From a virus (Duplodnaviria; Caudoviricetes), in IMG/VR virus record IMGVR_UViG_3300047504_000025, positions 1-36,779 of that record: a stretch of DNA of 36,779 nt. One strand, 5' to 3'. Shown here piece after piece: positions 1 through 8,767 of the stretch. The notes beneath the pieces are model-generated. The model searched no databases. It was not told the DNA's origin and was given only the letters and a program-made list of their open reading frames with translations. Made by a program: the position numbers and the translations under genes. Position 1 is the stretch's first letter. Each line of letters opens with the position of its first letter.

Positions 1-2
1 GT

Positions 3-725
3 AACGGGGCGAACTTCGTTTGGTCTCTCTGGCCTTGTCTTGCCAGAAATAACTGCACCCACTCCGGCCTGAGTTAGAATATCTTCGAGTGTCCCGCCGT
101 GTAGGGCCGAGGCCCCGCCCAACGCTACAGCCGACCCACCTCGACGGACGACAGCATTTTCAACCCGACCCAATACTTTAAGGGCCTTCCCCAAAATGGC
201 TCGTTCTATACCGGCCTTGGTCCCGGCCCCAAGGGCTTCGACAGTTCCCTTACCTTCTTCTTTTGCCTGTTCAAAACCTTGGGTGGCGGCTAACGGGATA
301 TTACCTTCCCACTGTAATACGCCAGCGGGCAGTTGTCCGATTACCTGTCCGGGTATAGTTGAGACTTTGGACGCCCCTGTTTGTTCATTATATTTATCAA
401 GGCGCGCGGCCAGTTCATCAAATTTACCAGCGTAATCAGTGATTCGTTTAGCATTTTTCCATTCTGGAGATTCGACATCCTGTCCCAACAAGCGACCAGT
501 AAGATTAGCCAATCCTCTGATGGTATGTAATGCCGCGGCGGAACCTTTTAATGACCCACTGGCGAGGGATACTCCAAAGTGTTTTAGGGCGTTTGTCTCG
601 TAATCACTAAGACCAAAACCAAAGTCCCCGCCGGTATCTACGGGTTTAACGGGTTCGGGTTGAATCTGGTCGAACACGTCACCCGCTGGTTGTTCTGGCT
701 GAATTTCGTCAAACACGTCGCCCAT
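3..725 (-). CDS. Large internal virion/ejection protein, N-terminal part (runs off the left edge)
   Basis: Not in the ORF track. ATG at 725 overlaps the upstream TAA (TAATG); frame open to the edge: MGDVFDEIQPEQPAGDVFDQIQPEPVKPVD..., Gly/Ala-rich; position after other ejection-like genes. Confidence 0.7.
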   Translation of the reverse strand, partial: MGDVFDEIQPEQPAGDVFDQIQPEPVKPVDTGGDFGFGLSDYETNALKHFGVSLASGSLKGSAAALHTIRGLANLTGRLLGQDVESPEWKNAKRITDYAGKFDELAARLDKYNEQTGASKVSTIPGQVIGQLPAGVLQWEGNIPLAATQGFEQAKEEGKGTVEALGAGTKAGIERAILGKALKVLGRVENAVVRRGGSAVALGGASALHGGTLEDILTQAGVGAVISGKTRPERPNEVRPV

Positions 726-1726
726 TATAGACTATATCCCCTATCTTTTGCTAACTGTCTTGCTTTGTTCTTATCCCCGCCGGCCTCCTGGAGCAAGGCC
801 GCGGCGGTTGCTTTATCCAGCGTCTTGGTCTCTGCCGGGGCATTAACCCCCTGTGCAAACGGCGATACCCGCTTACCTGTAACTTTCTGACCAGCCACCC
901 CCAACAGTTGGCTACCATAGGGCCTGGAGGTCATAAGGTCGGGGTCGTTGGCCAGCAGGTTTTTCCAAACTTTATCAGCCGCGGGTTTGGCGGCCATAAC
1001 AGCATCCCACTGTATATCAAACGCCTGTTTTTCGCTGGTGTTCATCTGGTCATCGTAACCATAAGTGGCCCGGTTCGTCAGGTATTCCTGTTTCAACTTT
1101 TCAGAGTCGTAATAATTCTTTCCCATCCACGGGGCCACATACGCCCGGTCTCTGGACTCAGTGAACTTCTTACCAAACGCTGTCATTTCTCCGGGGGTCA
1201 TCCGGCCCCTCGGCTCTTGGGCTGGGGGTCTGAACGCCCCGGCCATGTGGGGAGCGGCCAACTTCCACTGGGTCTGTTGACCCAACGCCGGGTCCACAAC
1301 GCCGGATTCTATGGCCGATTGGATACCATCTAATTGAGTGCGGATATCAGATAGTTTATATTTCTCAGCGTCGTAATCAGCCTGCATACCGGCCAGGATT
1401 TTATTATGTTGTTCCGGGGGCAAGTTCTGACTCTGGAGTCTCTTGAACTGTTCTCCGAAACGCTGTTTGAGTGTACCTGCCTGTTGGTCTATAACCCCGA
1501 ACGGCGATTCCATATTCGCCTGAGCGGCGGTTGCCGGGGCGTTCTCCACGGCCACGGTCTTGGAAAATAAGTCAAGTTTACCACCCGTAGTTGACGGATA
1601 ATATGTAGAATTACCAACGACTATTTTACCATTGGGGTCAAGAACGTAACCAGGACCGGGGGGGAGGGCCGAGCCGGGGAGGCCGGTATCGGTTGTAAAC
1701 GCATCTAAAATATCCTGTTGGGCCAT
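725..1726 (-). CDS. Putative ejection (DNA transfer) protein
   Basis: Gln/Ala/Pro-rich helical ORF at the end of the structural operon; ATG of MAQQDI preferred over TTG at 1747. Confidence 0.55.
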   Translation of the reverse strand: MAQQDILDAFTTDTGLPGSALPPGPGYVLDPNGKIVVGNSTYYPSTTGGKLDLFSKTVAVENAPATAAQANMESPFGVIDQQAGTLKQRFGEQFKRLQSQNLPPEQHNKILAGMQADYDAEKYKLSDIRTQLDGIQSAIESGVVDPALGQQTQWKLAAPHMAGAFRPPAQEPRGRMTPGEMTAFGKKFTESRDRAYVAPWMGKNYYDSEKLKQEYLTNRATYGYDDQMNTSEKQAFDIQWDAVMAAKPAADKVWKNLLANDPDLMTSRPYGSQLLGVAGQKVTGKRVSPFAQGVNAPAETKTLDKATAAALLQEAGGDKNKARQLAKDRGYSL

Positions 1727-1796
1727 ATTATGTTCCAACTCTTTCAAGTGTTAAATTGATGTGTTCAACAACTATATTATTCACAAAGGTTTTCCT

Positions 1797-4058
1797 TTAC
1801 GCTATCGCTCCAAATTCCTGCAAACGGCTTTCTAATTCTGCCACCCTTGTTTGAAGATTGGCAATCACCTTTAGAACGCTGTTTCCCTCATCTGCAGTAG
1901 CGAATCCGTAACCGACAAGTTGAACACTCTGTATCGCGTAATCAGGCGTTCCAGGTTCAATATAAGTAATCGTTGTAAGTTGCGTTGTCAAGGCCGCTGG
2001 CTGGTCAACAGGAGTTTTTCCCCAAAGACCGAACAGCTTGGTTGTCGCACTGCATATCTGGATACCGGCATTTATTCCCCCGACAGAATCAAAGAGCCAA
2101 TTACCCAAACCGCTGATGGTCATTGCGCCATAAACCACATAAGGCGATATTGCGTAATTATGCCTAATACTACCGTCCGATTTGATTACAAGATATTCCC
2201 ATCGAGTAGATTCTGGTGTGCCACCTGTTCCTGTAACAAAGGCGATTCTTTGAGGAACAACCCCTGAACTAACTGCACCATCGCAGTAAAAATTGATACC
2301 AGCACTATTTCTAAAGGCAGCACCGTCATATCCACCGCAGTTGAAAAATCCCAAACGGTCATTTTCTATGACCGCGTATTTGGTTGTCTGTGTTCCTCTT
2401 GACCTATGGAATACAAGAGCAGGTGCAGTAGTCGCAACAGGGGGAATTTCACCGCCGCCGCTGTTTCCTTTGTGAACACAACCAATAAAGTATATGGCTG
2501 CGTCTTTCCATTGCCCGAACCCACACGTTGCCGCCGTGAAATCGGCATCGGCGTTTGTCCCCCCCAACAGAACCAGATTTGTTCCGTTATACTGAAATTT
2601 GTCATTGTCAACTAAAAGTCCTGATGTTGAGGCGTAAGTAATTCTTCCAGACGTTAAACCGCTGTCTTTAATTTGTGCGGCAACGAGATTCGTTCCGTCA
2701 AACGTCAGATTAGCCGAATACAGGAAATCCGTTCCGGCGACGTTCATATAGGGAATCTTAGTAGTCGTGCCGAAAGACAGGGGGACGGCAACCGAGGCCC
2801 ACGACAACACACCCGCCGTTGTGCATTGCAGGAATTGACTGACGGAGGGGGGCATAGCAGTCGGCAGGGTATAAGTTGCGTTCGCTGTTTGCGTTCCTGC
2901 GGTGAATAGCGTCGAGTAATTATTTGCACCGGCAGACCATAGTTTTAATGTTCCCGCTGTGTTGGTCGCGGCATCTACACCAGAGATTAGACCTGTGAAC
3001 GACGGGGTATCAGCCACACCGAGTCCAAGTGAAGTTCTGGCAGTTGCAACCACAAGGTCAGTAGCACCGCCATCCCATTTTAATCGGTCGGCGTAAGCAG
3101 TATCCCAGTTTGCCGAGTTGTCCGTTATCGCGGACACCACGCCCGTCGTGCCTTTGAGGAGGCCGGAAAGAGATTGAATACGAGTAGAACCATTACAGTA
3201 GATTACTCCGCTTCCTCCAGCACCTGCTGGAATTATAAGGTTTATATCACCGGATACTCCCCCCGTTTGGTTATTATCTCCGCTTTGAATTGATACGTTG
3301 CCACCTACGGCAACATCAAGATTTGAATCACCAGCCGTAAAGTTCAAATCGCAGCCGCCAGGTATGGTCGAACAAGTTATAGAAAATGACGCTTGGGGAT
3401 TAACGGTTATGCCAGACGAATCAGCAATAATCTGGCCGCTACCTATAATCCATCTCTTTGCGGTAATATCGGCATACGCTGTATCCGATATATTTCTGGA
3501 TTCCAGACCCTCACCACCGCTTCCCTTTAGCAAAACATCGCTTGTTAAATTCAGAGATGCAAACGTCGGACTCGCCCCCGTATGAATGTCCTGCGGCAAA
3601 CTCAAAGTTATTGTCCCATCAGTGTCATCTGTAACCGTAACTTGGTTCGACGTTCCCGCAATCCAACTGGCCAAGTTACTGACAGACGTTAATGCCCCCG
3701 CTGTACCGCCGTATATCAATCTATCCGGGGTTAGACCCGCCAACACTCCTGCGAACACGGGGTCAACTTCCTCGGAAATCAAACTGCCAAGACCTGAATA
3801 CTCCGTAGAAGTTAGATGATAATACTCGTCAGTAGTTCCACCCTGTATATTACCCAGGGAATTATGGTCTGCGTCCCCAGATAATACTCCCGCGGTCGCC
3901 TGTAATATACCGGACAACCCGGTCAGGGTCAATCCCGCGAACGTGGGAGAACTGGTTGGCCCCATAGTCTGGCCCACAACGCGACCTGTCAGGTCGTTAA
4001 TTATTCGTTCGAGACCTATCCAATCGCCTGCTACCACTTGATATGTTTGTAAACTCAT
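1797..4058 (-). CDS. Tail fibre / receptor-binding protein (about 753 aa)
   Basis: Thr/Gly/Ser/Ala-rich, recurring SPTFAGL-like modules, C-terminal coiled coil (IANLQTRVAELESRL); ATG at 4058 lies just after the upstream stop, so the track's 52-aa extension is unlikely. Confidence 0.75.
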   Translation of the reverse strand: MSLQTYQVVAGDWIGLERIINDLTGRVVGQTMGPTSSPTFAGLTLTGLSGILQATAGVLSGDADHNSLGNIQGGTTDEYYHLTSTEYSGLGSLISEEVDPVFAGVLAGLTPDRLIYGGTAGALTSVSNLASWIAGTSNQVTVTDDTDGTITLSLPQDIHTGASPTFASLNLTSDVLLKGSGGEGLESRNISDTAYADITAKRWIIGSGQIIADSSGITVNPQASFSITCSTIPGGCDLNFTAGDSNLDVAVGGNVSIQSGDNNQTGGVSGDINLIIPAGAGGSGVIYCNGSTRIQSLSGLLKGTTGVVSAITDNSANWDTAYADRLKWDGGATDLVVATARTSLGLGVADTPSFTGLISGVDAATNTAGTLKLWSAGANNYSTLFTAGTQTANATYTLPTAMPPSVSQFLQCTTAGVLSWASVAVPLSFGTTTKIPYMNVAGTDFLYSANLTFDGTNLVAAQIKDSGLTSGRITYASTSGLLVDNDKFQYNGTNLVLLGGTNADADFTAATCGFGQWKDAAIYFIGCVHKGNSGGGEIPPVATTAPALVFHRSRGTQTTKYAVIENDRLGFFNCGGYDGAAFRNSAGINFYCDGAVSSGVVPQRIAFVTGTGGTPESTRWEYLVIKSDGSIRHNYAISPYVVYGAMTISGLGNWLFDSVGGINAGIQICSATTKLFGLWGKTPVDQPAALTTQLTTITYIEPGTPDYAIQSVQLVGYGFATADEGNSVLKVIANLQTRVAELESRLQEFGAIA

Positions 4059-4059
4059 T

Positions 4060-4641
4060 TTACCAAGTCCCTCCCATCTGGAACCCGTAATTAGGTTGAT
4101 TATATCCTTGGGAATCTGGCGAAGAGTTGGGGGTAGTTTGCCCCCAAGAAGTGTCCCATGGCGACATATATTGTTTCTGTGGTTTTTTCTGGCCAGCCAA
4201 CGAAACGGCGGCATTCATGTCGGCTATGGCCCCCTGTTTGGCCAATGCCTCCTTCTGCATCCGTTCCTGGGAGTTCATTCCGGCATATTGGCCATACATC
4301 TGGGACAGGGCCTGCATCGCCTGGGCCAGGAAATTGGTCCGGGTATCCTCTACACCAAGTTTGGCCTTAGCAGTATCGCCCGCTATTCGGGCACCCGTGG
4401 ACGCGGCCAAGGACCCGCTACTCATTCCACTGGCTACTGCGTCGGACGCGGCCTTGGCCTGGGCTTGGTTGGCCTGGGTATCGATTATGGCGTTCTGTCC
4501 GGCCCCATATCCTCCACCCTGTCTGAACAGATTTATCATATCTTGTAGAGTTTGTTTAGCGGGATTAAAATACGAGGATAACCCCCCTGAACTCCCGCCC
4601 AAAGAGCGCCCCCATTTTTCGAGGTCTTCTTGTGTCGTCAT
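4060..4641 (-). CDS. Small ejection protein (P22 gp7-like by composition and position)
   Basis: Gly/Gln/Ala/Ser/Met-rich ORF directly after the nozzle gene, TAATG coupling. Confidence 0.55.
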   Translation of the reverse strand: MTTQEDLEKWGRSLGGSSGGLSSYFNPAKQTLQDMINLFRQGGGYGAGQNAIIDTQANQAQAKAASDAVASGMSSGSLAASTGARIAGDTAKAKLGVEDTRTNFLAQAMQALSQMYGQYAGMNSQERMQKEALAKQGAIADMNAAVSLAGQKKPQKQYMSPWDTSWGQTTPNSSPDSQGYNQPNYGFQMGGTW

Positions 4642-6221
4642 TATTTTACCCGTCCAATCTCCGAAATATCGGCATCAACTTTTTCTATACTAAAACTTGA
4701 ATCTACTGTGTTATTGGATATTACAACTGCCACGGCCCCGTCCAATAATTTCTGGCGGAGTGACGGCAACAATGAGTCCAGCGTAAATGTTTTAAATGTT
4801 TTGGGGGCGATTCCAGATTTCAATTCGTCTATAAGTTTAGCCGCCGTTATCGCTGAATATAATCCTATAGAAAGGTGGTCGGTATCAATTCCAGTTCTAA
4901 CCGACAATTCATTTAATTTTACCTTACCCCTCGTCCCCTGGGCCGCCACCGGACCCAGTGTTACGTAACTGTCGATGGCCACGTCTGAATCATCGGCGGC
5001 CACGTCGGACTTAGTGGCTTCATCATACCGGCGTATGTACCCATCGTAACCGCCAACCAAACAAGTTCGTTCGGAGGCGATTCTGGAGTCAAAATAAAAT
5101 GATGACGCCGGCAACTGGCCTCCCTGATATTTTTCGGGGAATATGCCGCCAGTGCGTAAATCGAGCCACAACGCCGTATGCCACGCACCGTCTTTCTGGC
5201 TTATGGTTATTTGTATCCCGTAACGGTCTTTATCGTATACCATCGCAATCCGGTCGGTCCCCCGGTTCGTGGCCATCGAGGCCAACAATTTGGGAACCCG
5301 GTCCTTAGTCACGTTGGTGGCGGGCAAACTGTTTAATAATGATTCATAAGATATAGTATAAATCCCATCATTGCCTACAAAATACAGATTGTATTTGTCA
5401 TCCCAACAATATGACGTGGAACTGAATATGCCGGTGTTGTCTGTTAGAATAGTAAAGAATCCATTGCGCAGGGGGTCGGACCGCAACAGATACATTTTAT
5501 TGACGCAACCAAAAATCACAAAAAGGTCTTTATTAGGTATAATTGCTACAATCTGGTCCCCCACCAACCCGGCCTTCTCTGCGGCTTGACTATCACAGGC
5601 ACTGGCCACGTCATCTGTGACCAATGCTAAATCAAGTGGGTCGTTTATCCGGGTAGCAAACCATTGGTGTGGATGGAACTTACTATTCATAAAAATACGT
5701 CCAAACGCCAGGGCCATTATATCTGACCCGCCATCGGGAAACGTACCAGCGGTTAGGGTCCAGTTGAGCCAGTGGGGCGGATAAACGGGAGCAGCAGTAG
5801 GTGCCAGAGTTGCAGGAACGTCCCCAACTGTTCCAGTTATCGTAGTATCGATAACAAATGGCACCTCGGTAGTCCGGTATATCAGATTCCAAGTTTCGTC
5901 GCCGCCCGTCCCCTGGCCTGTTAGGGTCTCGTAAAATATCCCCTCGGCTATAACCTCTGGGTCCCCACCCTGATTTTGGGTAACTGTTTCGCCCTGGGTA
6001 AACGCCCCATCCGGTGTACCTACCAATCGGTCGTTAATAAAATCCAACTTGTGATAACCTGAGTCGTGTATATCTAACAACTCACCACTGGCGTCATATC
6101 GTGGCCGTCCATCAGCAAAATAGACCCGTTGATACGCGCTACAGGCCGCTATCTGCCCACTCGCGTCCAAGTCGCCCGCTGTGAATCCGTGGGTATCATC
6201 TAACAGTGTTAGGGTCGGCAT
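4641..6221 (-). CDS. Tail nozzle/hub protein (P22 gp10 / T7 gp12-like beta-propeller), C-terminal main part
   Basis: Propeller-type strands (AYQRVYFADG, AFGRIFM, GDQIVAI...VIFG, TGIFS..S, NLYFVGNDGIY, LVGGYDGYIRRYD) and position between adaptor and ejection genes. Confidence 0.7.
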   Translation of the reverse strand: MPTLTLLDDTHGFTAGDLDASGQIAACSAYQRVYFADGRPRYDASGELLDIHDSGYHKLDFINDRLVGTPDGAFTQGETVTQNQGGDPEVIAEGIFYETLTGQGTGGDETWNLIYRTTEVPFVIDTTITGTVGDVPATLAPTAAPVYPPHWLNWTLTAGTFPDGGSDIMALAFGRIFMNSKFHPHQWFATRINDPLDLALVTDDVASACDSQAAEKAGLVGDQIVAIIPNKDLFVIFGCVNKMYLLRSDPLRNGFFTILTDNTGIFSSTSYCWDDKYNLYFVGNDGIYTISYESLLNSLPATNVTKDRVPKLLASMATNRGTDRIAMVYDKDRYGIQITISQKDGAWHTALWLDLRTGGIFPEKYQGGQLPASSFYFDSRIASERTCLVGGYDGYIRRYDEATKSDVAADDSDVAIDSYVTLGPVAAQGTRGKVKLNELSVRTGIDTDHLSIGLYSAITAAKLIDELKSGIAPKTFKTFTLDSLLPSLRQKLLDGAVAVVISNNTVDSSFSIEKVDADISEIGRVK

Positions 6222-6429
6222 TGGTCTTGCTTTCCTTTGCTTTGCGAGTGAGATACCTGTGTATTTGCCTCGTCATTTTCTGAACCCAGTTTTCCTGTTC
6301 AACAGGGACTGTTGGTGGTGGTTTGGGTTTTTCCGGGGGGGTGTTAGCCTCGGCCACTTTAACTGATTCCGCATAACCCATACTTGGTTTCTTCATTTTT
6401 GCCTTTACAATATCTTCTGCCGCACCCAT
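6196..6429 (-). CDS. Small basic Pro-rich hypothetical protein
   Basis: ATG 2 nt after the upstream TAG with AAGGAG RBS; fills the operon gap. Confidence 0.6.
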   Translation of the reverse strand: MGAAEDIVKAKMKKPSMGYAESVKVAEANTPPEKPKPPPTVPVEQENWVQKMTRQIHRYLTRKAKESKTNADPNTVR

Positions 6430-6430
6430 A

Positions 6431-7213
6431 CTATGTCTCCTTAAAATAAATTATCCCAAGTCCGTCGGCATCGTATCCGACGGCAATTAACGTATTATTA
6501 TGCAGGGTATCGTCGTCGGCTATACCGGCGGGCCGGGTCGGGGGCCACTGGATAGGGGCTTTCAAACAATTTTCCACAACCAAACTAACGCTAAGCAAGG
6601 CACTAACTATTAACACACTCTCGTCGTAATCAATACCCGATGGAGTGTATGTTTGTATAGTCAAAACAACTGAACCCGTTCCTGAAACTATTGGCGTATC
6701 TTCATCATAAGCACTTGCTTCTGCGTCGTAGGTTTCAAATAAACAATCCTGATTTGTTCCTACCGACCAGGAATTTCCAGAGGTTGTGGAGGCATATAAA
6801 TCTCCTCCGGTATATACTCCAGTAACATCATATCGCCAATAAGCAGAAGTTGTAGTTGGTGCTCCTGTTGCTTTACAAACAACAGCATATTTTATTCCAG
6901 ATGTCAATGCCACAGGAGAAGAAAAGATTATTTCTCTCCATTCATAAGGGGAACCCGTTGGTAAAGTAGAACCATCTGTTGTTCCTGATGCTATTTCAGC
7001 AGAAGGATTATCGTCCACTGGAGCACCACCAGTGGTAGGAATTATTTCTACTGTTATAGTTCCTGGATTATTTGTAGCATGTCTAAGTAATAATAATTTA
7101 ACTTTAGTTATTGTATAGTTGGAATTCGCAGTAAATACCTGGGCCACCCATCTCGTAGAACCAAACGATAGGTTACCTGTATCCCCAGTGTTATAAGAAT
7201 CTTGTAGGACCAT
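6431..7213 (-). CDS. Virion accessory protein: choice-of-anchor-R-like beta-sandwich plus shared C-terminal tail motif
   Basis: WVAQVFTANSNYTITKVKLLL...GTITVEI...LTSGIKYAVV...SGNSW...DCLFETY; ends PPTRP...TLIAVG...IIYF. Confidence 0.65.
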   Translation of the reverse strand: MVLQDSYNTGDTGNLSFGSTRWVAQVFTANSNYTITKVKLLLLRHATNNPGTITVEIIPTTGGAPVDDNPSAEIASGTTDGSTLPTGSPYEWREIIFSSPVALTSGIKYAVVCKATGAPTTTSAYWRYDVTGVYTGGDLYASTTSGNSWSVGTNQDCLFETYDAEASAYDEDTPIVSGTGSVVLTIQTYTPSGIDYDESVLIVSALLSVSLVVENCLKAPIQWPPTRPAGIADDDTLHNNTLIAVGYDADGLGIIYFKET

Positions 7214-7629
7214 TATCCAGCCAAATCTATTTCTATTGCTACGTCCAAAGTATCACCATTTGCTAATGTACGGGTTTCTGATAATGGGGCCGATGCCACA
7301 AGTTTTCCGGTCTCGTCGACAGTAGTCGCCAAGAATACGGTATTGGCTCCGGTCCAATCCCCGCCTGCTTCAAAAGTAACGGTCTTAGTGGTAGTTTTCC
7401 TGTCTCCGGTTCCTGTGGTTGCTGATGTAAAATCAACATCATCGCTGGCCACGGTTTGTCTGGCATACCCCGTTCCGGTAACTTCTGTTAAATCTCCAAG
7501 ACCAACCCCTTCGGCGAGCGAAGCGTCTGTGCATAAACCCACATAAAAATTAACGGGAACAGATTGTTCCTCTGAAAAAACCACCTCAAGCAAAAACTGT
7601 AGGCCCTCTGTGTGTAGTTCCGCGGCCAT
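7213..7629 (-). CDS. Small phage tail-associated structural protein
   Basis: FYVGLCTD...EVTGTGYARQTV...VTF...GDW...GKLVASAPLSETRTL.NGDTL pattern common in fibre-associated virion proteins. Confidence 0.65.
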   Translation of the reverse strand: MAAELHTEGLQFLLEVVFSEEQSVPVNFYVGLCTDASLAEGVGLGDLTEVTGTGYARQTVASDDVDFTSATTGTGDRKTTTKTVTFEAGGDWTGANTVFLATTVDETGKLVASAPLSETRTLANGDTLDVAIEIDLAG

Positions 7630-8207
7630 TATACGCCTCCATAATAAATTTCGCCTTCTTCTCCGATGGCGATGAATTGTTGTCTATATCTTCCCCCGCC
7701 CCTGGCAGTGGGAGTCCACACACTATTTTCTTCGTCCCAACCGAGGTCGGGGTCATAATCCAGGGGGCGGTCGGGGACCAGGGAATCGGGGATGAAATAA
7801 CTGGGGGACGGGATGCCCACCATTATATCGTAACTGTCTGTGACGGTCCAAATTATTGTTTCGCCTTCTAACACATAAGACGCATACAATAATGTATAAG
7901 TTCCTGGTGCTATATCAGTTGGGATAGTAAATGTAAGTCTCCACCACACTATAGTATCCGGTGGGGGATTAACGGGTTGCTCTAAAGAAATATTGTCAAA
8001 AGTACTGCCAGTGATGGATACAGGATTATCTCTGTCCACTAAAAACAACCAATCTCCAGTTAAATTACCATCAGAAGTTTCATATAAACCCCTACCATTG
8101 CTTTCCGTATCAGCAAAATCGTTAAATTCAAAACTATACGTTCCACCCGGTGCCCAAGTACCATCGGTCTCTGTAGTAAAATTTCTCAGCCATTCGGGCA
8201 ACGCCAT
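7629..8207 (-). CDS. Virion accessory protein: Ig-like beta-sandwich plus shared C-terminal tail motif
   Basis: ATG of MALPEW 1 nt after the upstream TAA; LTFTIPTDIAPGTYTL Ig-like signature; ends PDRP...QFIAIGEEGEIYY. Confidence 0.65.
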   Translation of the reverse strand: MALPEWLRNFTTETDGTWAPGGTYSFEFNDFADTESNGRGLYETSDGNLTGDWLFLVDRDNPVSITGSTFDNISLEQPVNPPPDTIVWWRLTFTIPTDIAPGTYTLLYASYVLEGETIIWTVTDSYDIMVGIPSPSYFIPDSLVPDRPLDYDPDLGWDEENSVWTPTARGGGRYRQQFIAIGEEGEIYYGGV

Positions 8208-8208
8208 C

Positions 8209-8442
8209 TTACACCACCGGAGGGATAAAAGTCGTGGCAATTTGTGTCATAAGTATCACAGGTCGGGCACCCCCCACCTGTGTCTCATACGCCTTAATGA
8301 CCCCCGGACGTTGACCCCCCCGGATACGTTCGTCTTCTACGTCAAATGGGCGGACATTCTGCAACAGGGGGCTGGTAGTCAGCGGCTGTTTCTCCGCCGC
8401 CAGTCCTTCATGTAGTCCGTGTATGGGGAATGAAAGTTCCGT
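8209..8442 (-). CDS. 77-aa N-terminal fragment of the tail nozzle protein, ACG start
   Basis: Not in the track. GAGGTG-ATAT-ACG then ELSFPIHGLHEGLAAEKQPLTTSPLLQNVRPFDVEDERIRGGQRPGVIKAY...FIPPVV-TAA; in-frame TGA two codons upstream; fills the gap exactly. Confidence 0.7.
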   Translation of the reverse strand, partial: TELSFPIHGLHEGLAAEKQPLTTSPLLQNVRPFDVEDERIRGGQRPGVIKAYETQVGGARPVILMTQIATTFIPPVV

Positions 8443-8454
8443 ATATCACCTCTA

Positions 8455-8487
8455 AAATGGGGTCGGCCAAGGGGTCAGGCCGACCCC
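8455..8487 (-). terminator. GC-rich hairpin, probable leaky terminator/processing site
   Basis: GGGGTCGGCC-9 nt-GGCCGACCCC followed on the minus strand by ATTTT, directly before the RBS of the nozzle N-fragment. Confidence 0.55.
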
Positions 8488-8518
8488 CTACTATATCCCG
8501 CTTGTAGCGGGCGATTAT

Positions 8519-8767
8519 TTAAGCTGCGGTAACGGTCTTAAAACTACAAGACGTGGCCGACCCCTCATTCACATACAACATTGTGTTATCGCCGCCGTCA
8601 ACATGCAAGAATAAACACGCCGGGGAATATCCTGCCGTACCGTCCACGGGCATCGTTAGGCCATAGGCCAATAAGATACCGTTCTCGGTAGTAAAAATTG
8701 CTCGTGCCGTTGCGGTTCCAGCCGGGGCCGGAATCATATTTTCTGCCTCATATCCAAATTCGCCCAT
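8519..8767 (-). CDS. Small structural hypothetical protein
   Basis: TAATG coupling; G.P....GY.P.CLF...DG.....LYVNEG pattern seen in small virion fibre-like proteins. Confidence 0.6.
   Translation of the reverse strand: MGEFGYEAENMIPAPAGTATARAIFTTENGILLAYGLTMPVDGTAGYSPACLFLHVDGGDNTMLYVNEGSATSCSFKTVTAA

Noticed and set aside
1797-2400. Diversity-generating retroelement target in the tail fibre
   Set aside because: No reverse transcriptase and no TR/VR repeat pair seen in the window
4059-4214. 52-aa N-terminal extension of the tail fibre in the ORF track
   Set aside because: Overlaps the upstream gene; ATG at 4058 follows its stop directly
4641-8442. Intein or intron splicing to rejoin the nozzle pieces
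   Set aside because: No Cys/Ser start or His-Asn end motifs, and the gap is filled by coupled same-strand genes
8443-8460. Stop-codon reassignment explaining missing starts
   Set aside because: TAA, TAG and TGA all end coupled genes, long genes are intact, and both TGA and TAG lie upstream of this ACG
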